From: Eledone cirrhosa
Taxonomy: Eukaryota
Length of the DNA: 64,000 bases
NCBI GenBank assembly: GCA_964016885.1
Contig: OZ024741.1
Location: 340,318,001 to 340,382,000 of the forward strand
Direction: 5' to 3'
Shown here: positions 35,670 to 51,952 of the stretch, in pieces
Numbering within the stretch: position 1 is the stretch's first letter
Layout: the number at the start of each line of letters is the position of its first letter
The notes under the pieces: generated by a model
What the model saw: the letters and a program-made list of their open reading frames with translations, nothing else
Databases searched by the model: none
Told to the model about the DNA's origin: nothing
Position numbers and translations under genes: made by a program

Positions 35670-37187
35670 CTATTTGATATTACTATGGGTTCAAGCGATT
35701 CCGCCCAAATTACTGATCTTGTGGGCCTCTTTCTCCTTTTCAACATAAATGCCTCCTTTCCCCACCTTAAAGGTGGTTTATATCGTGATGACTGTCTTCT
35801 TCTTTCCAACAACCTTAGCCTTTCAGAAATAGAAAAAAACAAAAAGCATATTAGAACTTTCCTTAAAGACTATTATAGTCTTCATATTACTTTTGAAAAA
35901 ACAAGTAAAGTAGTAAATTTCCTAGATATAACTTTAGACTTAGCTACGGGTATCTACCAACCTTACCATAAACCCAACCAAAACTTACATTACATACACT
36001 CACAATCTAATCACCCTAAATATATCCTTAAAAACCTTGCATATAATATATCACTTAGAATTTCTAACCTTTCTTCTAACCAAGATGTATTTGATAAAAA
36101 TGCGACCTTCTATAACGAAGCTCTAGATAGAAGTGGCCACAAAAATAGATTAGAATATATACCTTCTACTAAAAATACTAAAAACATACAACCTAATATT
36201 ACCAACAAACACCAAATGAAAAGTACACACCTAAATGCCACCCACACTATACCCCAAAATACCAAATCTTCTAATATAAAATATAGTAACTCTCAAAAAA
36301 CTACTCATCATACAACTCTAATAAATATTAATAATAAAACTCCTAATAAAAAAGATAAAACACCTAAATCTACAAATATAACTAAAAATGGTTGTGGTGA
36401 GATCATTAACATTAATCCTCCTAGTAAACATCACGATACAACCTATAAAAATAATAAAAATAATAAACAACATAGAAACCGTAATAGACAGGTTACTTGG
36501 TATAATGCTCCATTTAATTTACAAATTAAGGATAATATTGCTAAAAAAATTTTTTATATCCTAGAGAAAAACTTCCCGCCAAACCACAAATACCATCAAA
36601 TCTTAAATAGGTCTACAGTTAAATTCTCATACTCAACAACAAATAACATAAAACAAAATATAAGTGCCTATAATGCATATAAATGTAAGAAAACCATAAG
36701 TATACCACCAATACATCAAACTAACCATAATATCTCCTCAAATACAGAATTAACGAAAGGTTGTAACTGTAGAAACAAAGCAAACTGCCCATTAAAAGGA
36801 AATTGTCTTGTTAACAACATAGTTTATAAATGTAATGTTAAAACTAAAGATTCTATTTGCTCATATATAGGAGCTACTTCTAACAATTTTAAGACAAGGT
36901 TTAACACCCACAAACATAGTTTTAAAAATGCCGCACTGGCTAATACAACATCTCTAGCAGAAAAAATCAATAGTTATAAAAATAAGAATATAGAATATGA
37001 TTTGACCTGGAGTGTGCTCAAAAGAGCCACCCCTTATCAAAATAATAGAAATGAATGTAGATTATGTTCCCAAGAACTATTTGAAATAATGAAATCTAAG
37101 GATATCCTATTAAATAAACGACAGGAATTAATTATATCGTGTAATCATAAACTAAAAAAAACATTTAAATATTATAAACCTAATTAA
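35670..37187 (+). pseudogene. 5'-truncated PLE RT-GIY-YIG ORF (open for 500 aa from 35685)
   Basis: FDITMGSSDSAQITDL, YRDD, FLDI, CNCRNKANCPLKGNC, IVY..YIG..R..H, CRLC; RT motif A is missing. Confidence 0.9.
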
Positions 37188-38279
37188 TAACATTATTTTA
37201 GAAATTAATATATAATTTAATTTAAATGTTAGTTAACCTATAAATTTAATTTAATTAAAATTCTACTACAGATGAGAATATAAAATATTGTGTAATCATA
37301 AATTGTGAAAAACCTTTAAATATTACTAATATATACTTAGTAATTTAATTTATAGATTAATTTTAATTTATTTAACCCTTTATTAAAATTCCTTTACAGA
37401 TAAAATATAACAAAATATCGTGTATTCAATGACAGAGAAATAATTTTTAGTATTATAGACCTAATTAATATACATTTTAGAAATATATTTATAATTTGGT
37501 TTTAAATTTGGTCAACCTAAAAATTTAATTTAATTGGCTTAAAATTAGTATCCTAATACAGACGGATTGCAGAGTGTCATGTAATCATAGAATGGGATGG
37601 GTTTTGGATGTATACCTAGTTAATATATTCTTTGCAATTTTTGAAAAAATATGTATATGTATGTATATATGTGTATGTGTATGTATGTATATATATGTGT
37701 ATATATATATATGTATGTATATGTATATGTGTATGTATTAATTTTAATTTCTGTTTACATATAATTATATTCTACTATTGATAAAATACAATATCTGTTT
37801 TATTTATTATATACCTAATTAACATATACTATAGAAATTAATATATAATTTTTAATTTAGTTAACCCATAATTTATATTCTACTACCGATCTAATACTTT
37901 ATTTGTTTTTTCCCTATTACTAAATTCATTTCCTAATATTGATACCATAACGTTAATAATTTTAATTTAGTTATACTATAATTAATACTCTACTACTATT
38001 TAACTTCAAAATTCTGCTTCAAATATTATAAACCTAAGTAATTTACACCTTAGAAATCAATATATTAACTATCTTTAGTTTAGTTAACCTATAATTAATG
38101 GTATACTTATATTGAAATGCATAATTTTGCCTTCTTTCTTGCATTTCCTAATACTGAAACTATGTAAACGCATATTGAGATCCAAATACAGATTAATATT
38201 CTATGTTTCTTGAAACATATATTTACTATAATCCCCTTCTCCCCCCCCCTTTCCCCCCCTACTATTATTATTTGTATTT

Positions 38280-38413
38280 GTAAGCGTGTATGTATGTATG
38301 TATATGTAGGTAGGTGTATATACGTTTGGGTGTTTATTTGTAAGTATAAAAATACATATATGCGCATGCAAATAAGGGTGTATGATTGTGTGTATATATA
38401 TATATATATATAT

Positions 38414-38467
<54 letters not shown>

Positions 38468-38785
38468 ATACGTGTATGTATATATATATATGTGTGTATG
38501 TATGTGTGTGTATATATGTGTATGTATATGTATGTCTCTCTATATATATGTGTATCTTTATATCTATGTGGGTATATGTGTGTATGTACATGTATGCACT
38601 TGTATATGTCTATGTGTATATGTGTGTATGTGTATATGTGTACGTTTGTGCGCATATATATGTGAGTGTGTGTGCGTGTATATATATGTATGTCTATATA
38701 TATATATATATATATATTGTTTATTTATTATTATAATATAATATATGTATATATATATATATGTGAAAATATGTATATGTGTGTG

Positions 38786-38825
<40 letters not shown>

Positions 38826-39074
38826 ATATTTGTAGTTGATGTGTGTATATGTATGTATATATATGTGTGTGTGTATATATGTGTGTATATATATGTATGT
38901 GTGTGTGTGTATGTGTGTGTGTGTATATATATATATACATATATGTATATGTATGTGTGAGCATATTTGTCTGACTGTGTCTATTAATTTTTTTTTTTAA
39001 TATATATGTATGTGTATGTATGTATGTATGTATGTGTGTGCATGTCTATATATGTGTGTGTATATGTGTATGTA

Positions 39075-39106
<32 letters not shown>

Positions 39107-39276
39107 GATATATATATATATATATATATAGATATATATATATATATATATATATAGATATATATATATATATAGATATATATATGTATGCGTGTCTTTG
39201 TGTGTGTGTATATATATGTATGTATGTGTGTATGTATGTGTTTGTATGTGTGTTTATGGTTGTACGTGTGTGTGGG

Positions 39277-39309
<33 letters not shown>

Positions 39310-39759
39310 GTGTATATGTATCTCTATTTATATGTGTATATATGTATATGTATATACCTTTTTCTTTGTATGTCTGAGTTGTGTGAGCGTGTAGTGGTGT
39401 TTGTATGTATATACGCATATATGGATGTGTATGTATTTGTATATATGCGTATATGTAAGTGCGTATGTGTGTGTGAGTATATATCTATGTCTATGTATGA
39501 GTATGTATGTGTGTGTATGTATGTGTGTGTGTATGTATGTATGTGTGTATCTATATGTGTGTATATATATGTATGTATATGTATGTGTGTATGTATATGT
39601 ATATATATGTATATATATATATATATATATTTATTACATTATATATGTGTGTGTGTGTGTGTGTGTATATATATCTTTATATATGTGTATGTGTATGTAT
39701 GTGTAGGTGTGTGTGTGTGAATATATATGTATGTGTGTATATGTGTATGTATGTGTATG

Positions 39760-39800
<41 letters not shown>

Positions 39801-39941
39801 ATGTGTATGTGTGTATGTGTGTATATATATATATATTTATGTATATATATATATTTATATGTGGGTATGTATGTGTATGTGTGTATATATATGAGTGTAT
39901 TTATATATATATATGTATGTAGGTGTGACTGTATATATATG

Positions 39942-40000
<59 letters not shown>

Positions 40001-40064
40001 ATGTATATGTGTGTATATGTATGAGTGTGTATATATATACGAGTGTTGTGAGTGTATATATATG

Positions 40065-40132
<68 letters not shown>

Positions 40133-40187
40133 TGTATGTGTATATATATATATATGTATGCGTGTATGTGTATATGTGTGTAAAAAA

Positions 40188-40219
<32 letters not shown>

Positions 40220-40647
40220 GTGTTTATGTGTGTATGTGTCTATGTATTTATATGTGTATATGTATGTGTCTCTATATGTATGCGTCTATGTATGTGTATG
40301 TGTATTTATATGGTATGTGTATGTATATGTATGTGTATGTATGTGTTTATATATATGTGTATGTATATGTATGTGTGTGTATGCGTGTGTATTTATTTAT
40401 ATGTCTATATGTATGTATATCGATGTATACTTTATATTTTACTTGTTTGTATATATATGTGTGTGTGTATGAATATGTGTATGTATATATATGTGTGTGT
40501 ATGAATATGTGTATGTATATATATGTGTGTGTATATATATGTGTGTGTATATATGTGTATATGTATGTGTATATATATATGTATGTGTGTATATGTGTGT
40601 ATATATATATGTATATGTATATATATGTGTGTGTGTGTGTATGTGTG

Positions 40648-40686
<39 letters not shown>
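38280..40686. repeat. Compound (TA)n/(TG)n microsatellite inside the PLE2 3' region
   Basis: Degenerate dinucleotide repeats with shared anchors (e.g. tgtctgactgtgt, tgtctgagttgtgtga) also seen in the 29315-33570 copy. Confidence 0.9.
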
Positions 40687-40689
<3 letters not shown>

Positions 40690-41294
40690 CTTGATATATT
40701 TCTTTTTTCTTTTTTCTTTTTCTTTTCTTTTTATTTCTAAGTTTATAGATACATCTATAAATAAGCAGTCTGCCGAAACCGTTGAATACGGACCTCCCCC
40801 CCCCCCTCCCACCTAATTTCTGTATCCTGATCTAAATATGTGTGGCAGTGTTTATGTGCGTGCATTAATGTCCATATGCTTATGATAATACTATATGCAC
40901 ATATATATGTGTGTGGGGGTGTGTGTGTGTATGTATGTTCGTAGTTATGTGTATGTTTATGCATATACGCGCGTGTGTGTGTGAGTGTACGAATATGTGT
41001 GAGTATATGAGTATGTCTATACATTTATTTCATATTTATGTGTCTATACGCATTTTATCTGTGGATTATAGACTTACAGAGACATTAGCCTTGAATTTTT
41101 GTATTTGCATACATCTTTTTGGCATGCGTATGCATGTGAACATATATCTTCATGTAAATATGTGTACGAAGTTAATTACATGTATATACACACACCAAAC
41201 TGCATAACATTTTTTGTATTTTCATTGGTCAATTTGAACTCTGTTCCCAAACGGACCTGAAATTTTGAATTGTTGTTATTATCAATAAATATAT

Positions 41295-41449
41295 TTCATT
41301 ATTTCTGAAGACGGCATATATATGTGTTTGGTATGTATATTTAATTTTGATAGTTTGTATAATTTTGTATAATTTTGTACATAGATCTGTTGAATATGCA
41401 TGCCAATTCTAACACATATATATCCTAGAAACGATCGTTAAATAATGAA
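41295..41449 (+). ncRNA. Hammerhead ribozyme of PLE2 with 116-nt stem II domain (also 35153-35303 -, 33361-33509 +)
   Basis: ttcattattt CTGAAGA [116 nt] GAA ACGATCGT T aaataatgaa: 10-bp stem I and palindromic stem III. Confidence 0.8.
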
Positions 41450-41510
41450 CTTTTTTTGTTTAATATAAGGAACTGTTTCATTGTTTTATTCATTATTTTT
41501 TTAATATTTT

Positions 41511-43104
<1,594 letters not shown>

Positions 43105-43480
43105 TTCGTTTCTGAATTTGTTTAGCAAGGTTCTTTATCTGAAATCGTGTGTTGAAACCGATATTGTTATACTTTGGGAGGGTCATGTTGCCAATAAGAA
43201 ACACACCCAGTTGCTTTCACTTCAATTTAATTTATTAAATATTTATAAATTTACAAATTTATAAATTTCTGGTTGGTTGGTTGGTTCCACAACCAGATAG
43301 TTGTTTATATATATATAGTCATAGTTCTTTCGTCACACACTCTGTGACCTCTTCAGTGACTGGGGATTTCTTTCTTCGTTTCTGTGCCTTTCCTTTCTTC
43401 TATCCTACGCCATTTTGTTACAACAAAATGGCGTAGGATAGAAGAAAGGAAAGGCACAGAAACGAAGAAAGAAATCCCCA
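43105..43480 (-). mobile_element. Small HHR element with terminal perfect hairpin
   Basis: HHR at 43318-43360 (-) and a 59-bp-arm hairpin at 43361-43480. The terminus is similar to 58990-59060. Confidence 0.7.
43318..43360 (-). ncRNA. Variant minimal hammerhead
   Basis: gtca CTGAAGA g gtcaca-gagtg-tgtgac GAAA gaac TA tgac. Confidence 0.7.
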
Positions 43481-44671
<1,191 letters not shown>

Positions 44672-45095
44672 CTAAGGTGGGTAAAATTCCCGAGATCCAT
44701 GGACGAGTTCTCTCCAGCGGTCTCTGTCCCTCATTATCGCTGCCATATCCTGCATTTCCAACAGACCAGTGTCTGTCCTTAGGGCATCAACATATGTTAA
44801 CCTTGGTCTTCCTCTTCTAGTGTGTCCATGTAGTGGAGTCTGTGCTGCTGTATGGGTCTGAGACTTGGACACTGACCAAGAGACTCACTCAGATGGTGGA
44901 TGGGTGCTACACGAGAAATCTGAGGATGGCTCTGAACATTAATCAGTATACACTGAGGATGAAAAACTCAGAGCTGTATGGGAGCATCCCAAAAGTCAGC
45001 TCAAAAGTGTCACAGAGGAGACTGAGGTTGGCTGGACATGCTCACCGACATCCAGAGTTGACATTGCACTCAGTGCTCCTTTGGGAACCCCTACA
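44672..45095 (-). mobile_element. RTE-B fragment with 5' inversion
   Basis: The 3' end lies on the minus strand (44672-44833); the adjoining upstream part (ESVLLYGSETW..LLWEPL) is inverted on +. Confidence 0.85.
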
Positions 45096-45111
45096 ATATA
45101 TATATATATCC

Positions 45112-45169
<58 letters not shown>

Positions 45170-45170
<1 letters not shown>

Positions 45171-46580
45171 AAAAGGGATGAAATCGAAAATGCAACTGAA
45201 GTCTTATTTTTTAAAAAAATATATATATTTATTTGGTTCCTTTACCGGTTTCGCAGTTCTTCTGCTTTTCAAAAGGTGAGTTGAGATGGAGGGTCTGTGG
45301 TTTTTCTCACATCTGGTTGGTCTCTAAATGTTACTTGTTTTATATGGAAAAAGTGGCTCGAAAGCCAGGTTTTTCGAGAAGTAATTTGATTGGTTTGTCA
45401 ATAATTATAATAAATAGACCAACATTAAATAAGGTTTAATATACATTATGTCAACACCACAATATGACATACACACACACACATAACACCTTCTACTTTA
45501 GAAAATAAAAACCCGAACTAAATAAACCTTAACATACGTTTGCACTGGCAATACAACAGCAAACACGAAAAAGTCAGGAAAATATGTTCATTCAAAAATA
45601 TTCCTACTAAAGGAATCATTTTCCTACACACACACACACACACAATATATATATATATATATATTCTCTTCATCTTAACATGCTAACCATACTCCCACAC
45701 ACATAACACCCATACACACACATAACAACCCCCACACCTACAACACCCTCCCCATTTCTACTAATAGAACCACTTTCCTACACACATATATACACACACA
45801 CAAAATATATATTCTCTCCATCTAACATACTCGCACACACACACATAACACCCATATACACACACACAACTCCCTCCCCCATCTCTACTAATAGAATCAT
45901 CTTCCAATACACACATACACACACACACACACACATATACACAAGCACACAAATAAACACATATCTTCAGTCTCAATAGAAAATCTGAACTCTGACACCT
46001 GGCCATATTCACTGAACCAGAACATTTCTCCCAATCCCTTTTCCCTTGACCACTATCTCTCCATTGTCATAACATTCACTATAAAGACTACAGAATAGTT
46101 TTCCAAATAAGGGCGCAAAAATGTAATGAAAACTTGTTCATGTGACAGCCAAATTTCATTTATAACCAACCCAAAAATAGCCTTCGTGAGCCTCATTTTT
46201 TCAAGTAAAAAGAAATTCAAACACTCATATATGAAAAAACAACCTGTGACAACCCCCAACCCCCCCCCCCCCTCTTATTTGAAGAACTATTGTAATGCGA
46301 ACTGGCGCGAAATTTATTATAATTATTGACAAACCAATCAAATTACTTCTCGAAAAACCTGGCTTTCGAGCCACTTTTTCCATATAAAACAAGTAACATT
46401 TAGAGACCAACCAGATGTGAGAAAAACCACAGACCCTCCAGGAACCAAATAAATATATATATTTTTTTTAAAAATAAGACTTCAGTTGCATTTTCGATTT
46501 CATCCCTTTTTCTTTATACTTCCACTCGTGTAGGACACCTCGGTTATTTTTCATTTTGTAAAAAAAACCTCACTTTCTAA
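45170..46580. mobile_element. Fold-back pLTR-like element with degenerate HHR (45239-45276 -)
   Basis: Arms 45170-45415 and ~46312-46511. Motif cctt TTGAAAA gcag-aagaa-ctgc GAA ACCGGT A aagg. Confidence 0.65.
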
Positions 46581-46648
46581 TATATATATATATATATACA
46601 TATATATATACGTATATATATATGTATATATATATATATATATATATA

Positions 46649-48047
46649 ACCAAAAGATTGGTGCAGTAGCATCATTGTCAACTGCTACAAAGGTAAAGGC
46701 GATGCACTAGATAGAGGAAACTATAGAGGTATAAAGTTGATGGACCAGGTCATGAAAGTAACAGAAAGAGTTATAGCACAGCTGATTAGGGACCGGGTGA
46801 ATATAGACGAGATGCAATTTGGGTTCGTACCAGGGAAAGGCACCACTGATGCCCTCTTCCTTGTGAGGCAATTACAGGAAAAGTACCTAGCTAAAAGTAA
46901 GCCACTCTACTTGGCATTTATCGACCTTGAGAAAGCCTTTGACAGAGTTCCACGTGCAGTAATCTGGTGGGCTCTTAGAAAACTAGGAGTAGATGAATGG
47001 CTTGTGAAAGCGGTACAAGCCATGTATAGGGGAGCAGTCAGCAAAGTTAGGATTAGCAATGAGTATAGCGAGGAATTTAGCGTACAGGTTGGGGTCCACC
47101 AGGGCTCTGTTCTTAGCCCTCTCCTGTTCATCATAGTCCTGCAGGCAATAACGGAGGAGTTTAAGACCGGATGCCCATGGGAACTCCTGTATGCTGATGA
47201 CCTCGCACTCATAGCTGAATCTATGGTAGAACTAGAGAATAAATTCCAAACCTGGAAGCAGGGAGTAGAGAGAAAGGGCCTCAAAGTCAACATGACAAAG
47301 ATTAAGGTCCTTGTAAGTAGACGAGAAAACAGAACCCAGATCCCCTCAGGGAGATGGCCTTGCTCAGTATGTAGGAAAGGTGTAGGTAGGAACTCCATTC
47401 TCTGCCCCAAATGCAAACAATGGGTACACAAGAGATGTAGCGGGATCTCAGGAAGCTTAATTAAGAGTGTAGGATTCACATGCAGCAGCTGTGTTGAAAC
47501 AGCAAGCAAACAGCCACAGGAAACAAGTACCACCAATCTCTGGGAGGGCCCTGTAGAAACAGTAGACAGCTTCTGCTACCTAGGTGACCGAATTAGCAAC
47601 GGAGGTGGGTGCTCAGAAAGTACAATAACTAGGGTAAGAACGGGATGGAAGAAGTTTAGGGAACTACTACCACTGCTAGCTGCAAAAGGCTTCTCCCTCA
47701 TGTAGTAATACAGGGTACCCGACCTCCCATGGGTACATGCTGAAGCATATAAACAATATGCCCCCACTCCCCCCACCGCAAGGTGGTCGTGGAGGTGCCA
47801 CGGCAAAAAAGCACCCAGCCCACACTGTAAAGTGGACGTGTAGGCGCCACGAAAAAGCACCCAGCACTCACTGTAAATGAGGTTGGTGTTAGGAAGGGCA
47901 TCCAGCTGTAGAAATCAAGCCAGATCAGTTCCTGTATGAGCAAGGCATGGTCAGCCGACCAGACACTGCCCACAACAGGACAACCCGTCTAACCCATGCT
48001 AGCGTGGAAGAACGGACGTAAAACGGTGATGATGATGATGATGATGA
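46649..48047 (+). mobile_element. RTE-A copy, 5'-truncated with ~410-bp internal deletion
   Basis: RT ORF at 46737-47705; junction ttctccctca|tgtagtaatac; (GAT)n tail. Confidence 0.93.
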
Positions 48048-48070
48048 TATATATATATATATATATATAG

Positions 48071-48260
<190 letters not shown>

Positions 48261-48316
48261 ATAGAAATTAACTGTTAGAGAAAACAATACCAATTGTTGA
48301 ACAAATATATTTAATG

Positions 48317-48404
48317 ACTTACAATTGTTTCAGAAATCAGAATGATAACCAAATAACTAGTATCTTGATGGATTTTTGTGGTATTAGTATTTGGTTCATC
48401 AAGT
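48317..48404 (-). ncRNA. Degenerate hammerhead-like motif in a ~190-bp insert
   Basis: act-TGATGA accaaata..tatttggt..GAA ACAATTGT A agt; the core C is missing. Confidence 0.4.
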
Positions 48405-48472
48405 ATATTTCATCGCATTGATAATAGATGGATTCAGGATTATGGAAATATATATTCATATATATATATATA

Positions 48473-48610
48473 TAGCTGCTAAAGGGTTCTCCCTAAAAAT
48501 GAAAGGCAGGTTGTACGATGCCTGCATACGAACAGCAATGTTGCATGGCAGTGAGACCTGGGCATTGTGTAAGCGTGGAACACGGACGCTAAACCTGATG
48601 ATGATGATGA
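48473..48610 (+). mobile_element. Internally deleted mini-RTE
   Basis: About 95 bp of RT C-terminal coding sequence ([17 protein letters not shown]..) fused directly to the element 3' end and (GAT)n. Confidence 0.8.
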
Positions 48611-48745
48611 TTCATATATATATATATTCATATATATATATATATATGTATATATATATGTGTATATATATATGTGTATATATATATATGTATATATATA
48701 TATGTATATGTATATGTATATATGTATATATATATGTATATATAA

Positions 48746-51700
48746 ACTCAGACTAGTCCTGAATAAGACAATTACCACAATAATATCAGCTTACGCACCC
48801 CAATCGGGGCTGCCAGACGAACTTAAGGATAGGTTTTACGAGTCCCTAATACACACTACTGCTCTAACAGACGACAAGGACTTCCTAATCATTGCAGGAG
48901 ATTTTAACGGACACGTAGGTAAACACTGCGACGGCTTCAATAGAGTACATGGAGGCCATGGAGTTGGCACAAGGAATGAGGAAGGATTCAGACTTCTAGA
49001 ATTCTGCGACGCCAATGACATGTCGATATGTAACACAAACTTTAAAAAACCCGACAACCACCTGATCACCTATAGATCAGGGGAGCACTCTAGTCAGTTA
49101 GATTTTATCCTCATCAGAGGACGTGACAGATGGACGGTCGTAAACACAAAAGCCTTCCCTAGTGAGGAATGTACATCCCAACATAGCTTAGTTGTCAGCG
49201 ACCTCACGGTCAGAACTAGACGAGCCCTGAAACAGAGGCCAACCTGGAGAAGAAAGATCTGGAAGCTGAAAGTCCCCTCAACCAGTAACAGATTTAAAGA
49301 TATTTTACTCAACGCCTACGACAGTAAAGAAGAACAGATAGATACATTTAACGTAGAAGAGAACTGGGAGTTCCTAAAAAATAACTTACTAGAGGCGACG
49401 GATGAGGTTTGTGGCTGGAGTAAGACCTCAAGCAGGAGGAGAGTGACTTGGTGGTGGAACAATAAGGTAGATGAAGCAGTCAAGGCCAAGAGACAGGCAT
49501 GGAAAGAATGGAAGAACGGGGGGAGCAGGGTACATTACATAGAGACCAAGAGGGAAGCTAGGCGACAAGTATACTTAGCTAGGAGGGAAGCAGAGGATAG
49601 AAAATTCAAGCATGTTTTACAACGTGAGGACCAGAAACAGGAGGTATTCAAGATTGCGAGGCAGTGTGTCAGAGATAGTTGTGATGTCATTGGAGAGAAG
49701 TGTATCCGGAATGATAAAGGTGAGCTTGCCCTCACAAGTGCTGAGAAGAAAGATGCATGGAAGAGTCATTATGATAGATTACTAAATGAGGAGAATGCAT
49801 GGGAAGAAGAGACCCTACCCCACGTAGACCCTATAGAGGGACCAGCAGTACAAGTCAGCGGCAGCGTAGTAAGTAAGGCAATCAGAGATATGAAGATAGG
49901 GAAGGCAACCGGTCCATCGGGTATAGCTGCCGAGATGCTGAAGGCATCTGGGTCTGTAGGTCACACTATAACCACACGTATCGTTAACCAGGTAATACTA
50001 GAGGGGGCCATACCAAAAGATTGGTGCAGTAGCATCATTGTCAACTGCTACAAAGGTAAAGGCGATGCACTAGATAGAGGAAACTATAGAGGTATAAAGT
50101 TGATGGACCAGGTCATGAAAGTAACAGAAAGAGTTATAGCACAGCTGATTAGGGACCGGGTGAATATAGACGAGATGCAATTTGGGTTTGTTCCAGGGAA
50201 AGGCACCACTGATGCGCTCTTCCTTGTGAGGCAATTACAGGAAAAGTACCTAGCTAAAAGTAAGCCACTCTACTTGGCATTTGTCGACCTTGAGAAAGCC
50301 TTTGACAGAGTTCCACGTGCAGTAATCTGGTGGGCTCTTAGAAAACTAGGAGTAGATGAATGGCTTGTGAAAGCGGTACAAGCCATGTATAGGGGAGCAG
50401 TCAGCAAAGTTAGGATTGGCAATGAGTATAGCGAGGAATTTAGCGTACAGGTTGGGGTCCACCAGGGCTCTGTTCTTAGCCCTCTCCTGTTCATCATAGT
50501 CCTGCAGGCAATAACGGAGGAGTTTAAGACCGGATGCCCATGGGAACTCCTGTATGCTGATGACCTCGCACTCATAGCTGAATCTATGGTAGAACTAGAG
50601 AATAAATTCCAAACCTGGAAGCAGGGACTAGAGAGAAAGGGCCTCAAAGTCAACATGACAAAGACTAAGGTCCTTATAAGTAGACGAGAAAACAGAACCC
50701 AGATCCCCTCAGGGAAATGGCCTTGCTCAGTATGTAGGAAAGGTGTAGGTAGGAACTCCATTCTTTGCCCCAAATGCAAACAATGGGTACACAAGAGATG
50801 TAGCGGGATCTCAGGAAGCTTAATTAAGAATGTAGGATTCACATGCAGCAGCTGTGCTGAAACAGCAAGCAAACAGCCACAGGAAACAAGTACCACCAAT
50901 CTCTGGGAGGGCCCTGTAGAAACAGTAGACAGCTTCTGCTACCTAGGTGACCGAATTAGCAACGGAGGTGGGTGCTCAGAAAGTACAATAACTAGGGTAA
51001 GAACGGGATGGAAGAAGTTTAGGGAACTACTACCACTGCTAGCTGCAAAAGGCTTCTCCCTCAGAATGAAAGGCAGACTGTATGATGCGTGTATCCGAAC
51101 AGCGATGTTGCATGGTAGTGAGACCTGGGCGCTGAAGGTGGAAGACTTACGTAGATTAGAGAGAAACGAAGCCTGCATGCTACGATGGATGTGTAACAGT
51201 AATATACGTGAACGACAAAGCATAAATGAATTGAGAGAGAGACTGAGCATAAGAGGAATCAAATGCTGCGTGCAGGAGAGGCGGTTACGCTGGTATGGAC
51301 ATGTGATGCGTATGAAGGATGACAGCTGCATAAAAAGGTGCAGAGCACTAGAAGTTGATGGAAACCGCGGAGTGGGGAGACCCAAGATGACTTGGGATGA
51401 GGTGATAAAAGCCGACCTTACCCAACTACACCTCTCAAAGTCAATGACACACGACCGTGACTTCTGGCGTCACGCAGTAATACAGGGTACCCGACCTCCC
51501 ATGGGTACATGCTGAAGCATATAAACAATATGCCCCCCCCCCCCCACCGCAAGGTGGTCGTGGAGGTGCCACGGCAAAAAAGCACCCAGCCCACACTGTA
51601 AAGTGGACGTGTAGGCGCCACGAAAAAGCACCCAGCACTCACTGTAAATGAGGTTGGTGTTAGGAAGGGCATCCAGCTGTAGAAATCAAGCCAGATCAGT

Positions 51701-51815
51701 TCCTGTATGAGCAAGGCATGGTCAGCCGACCAGACACTGCCCACAACAGGACAACCCGTCTAACCCATGCTAGCGTGGAAGAACGGACGTAAAACGGTGA
51801 TGATGATGATGATGA
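48746..51815 (+). mobile_element. RTE-A LINE, young, 5'-truncated within the APE domain
   Basis: Uninterrupted frame to 51515, 3' UTR, (GAT)n tail, (TA)n on both sides. Confidence 0.96.
48747..51515 (+). CDS. RTE ORF: partial APE endonuclease + reverse transcriptase + PHD-like finger (no native start codon)
   Basis: [23 protein letters not shown]; [34 protein letters not shown]; [13 protein letters not shown]. Confidence 0.9.
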   Translation, partial: LRLVLNKTITTIISAYAPQSGLPDELKDRFYESLIHTTALTDDKDFLIIAGDFNGHVGKHCDGFNRVHGGHGVGTRNEEGFRLLEFCDANDMSICNTNFKKPDNHLITYRSGEHSSQLDFILIRGRDRWTVVNTKAFPSEECTSQHSLVVSDLTVRTRRALKQRPTWRRKIWKLKVPSTSNRFKDILLNAYDSKEEQIDTFNVEENWEFLKNNLLEATDEVCGWSKTSSRRRVTWWWNNKVDEAVKAKRQAWKEWKNGGSRVHYIETKREARRQVYLARREAEDRKFKHVLQREDQKQEVFKIARQCVRDSCDVIGEKCIRNDKGELALTSAEKKDAWKSHYDRLLNEENAWEEETLPHVDPIEGPAVQVSGSVVSKAIRDMKIGKATGPSGIAAEMLKASGSVGHTITTRIVNQVILEGAIPKDWCSSIIVNCYKGKGDALDRGNYRGIKLMDQVMKVTERVIAQLIRDRVNIDEMQFGFVPGKGTTDALFLVRQLQEKYLAKSKPLYLAFVDLEKAFDRVPRAVIWWALRKLGVDEWLVKAVQAMYRGAVSKVRIGNEYSEEFSVQVGVHQGSVLSPLLFIIVLQAITEEFKTGCPWELLYADDLALIAESMVELENKFQTWKQGLERKGLKVNMTKTKVLISRRENRTQIPSGKWPCSVCRKGVGRNSILCPKCKQWVHKRCSGISGSLIKNVGFTCSSCAETASKQPQETSTTNLWEGPVETVDSFCYLGDRISNGGGCSESTITRVRTGWKKFRELLPLLAAKGFSLRMKGRLYDACIRTAMLHGSETWALKVEDLRRLERNEACMLRWMCNSNIRERQSINELRERLSIRGIKCCVQERRLRWYGHVMRMKDDSCIKRCRALEVDGNRGVGRPKMTWDEVIKADLTQLHLSKSMTHDRDFWRHAVIQGTRPPMGTC

Positions 51816-51863
51816 TATATATGTATATATATATGTATATATATATATATGTATACATATATG

Positions 51864-51898
<35 letters not shown>

Positions 51899-51952
51899 GT
51901 GTATATATATGTATATATGTATATATATATGTGTATATATATATATGTGTAT

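Larger units (their letters stand above)
34953..41510 (+). mobile_element. Penelope-like element PLE2, 5'-truncated with inverted pLTR
   Basis: 34953-35669 is an inverted pLTR matching 40931-41508 plus tail. It is followed by an ORF remnant and a ~4.3-kb 3' region, with (TA)n flanks. Confidence 0.88.
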
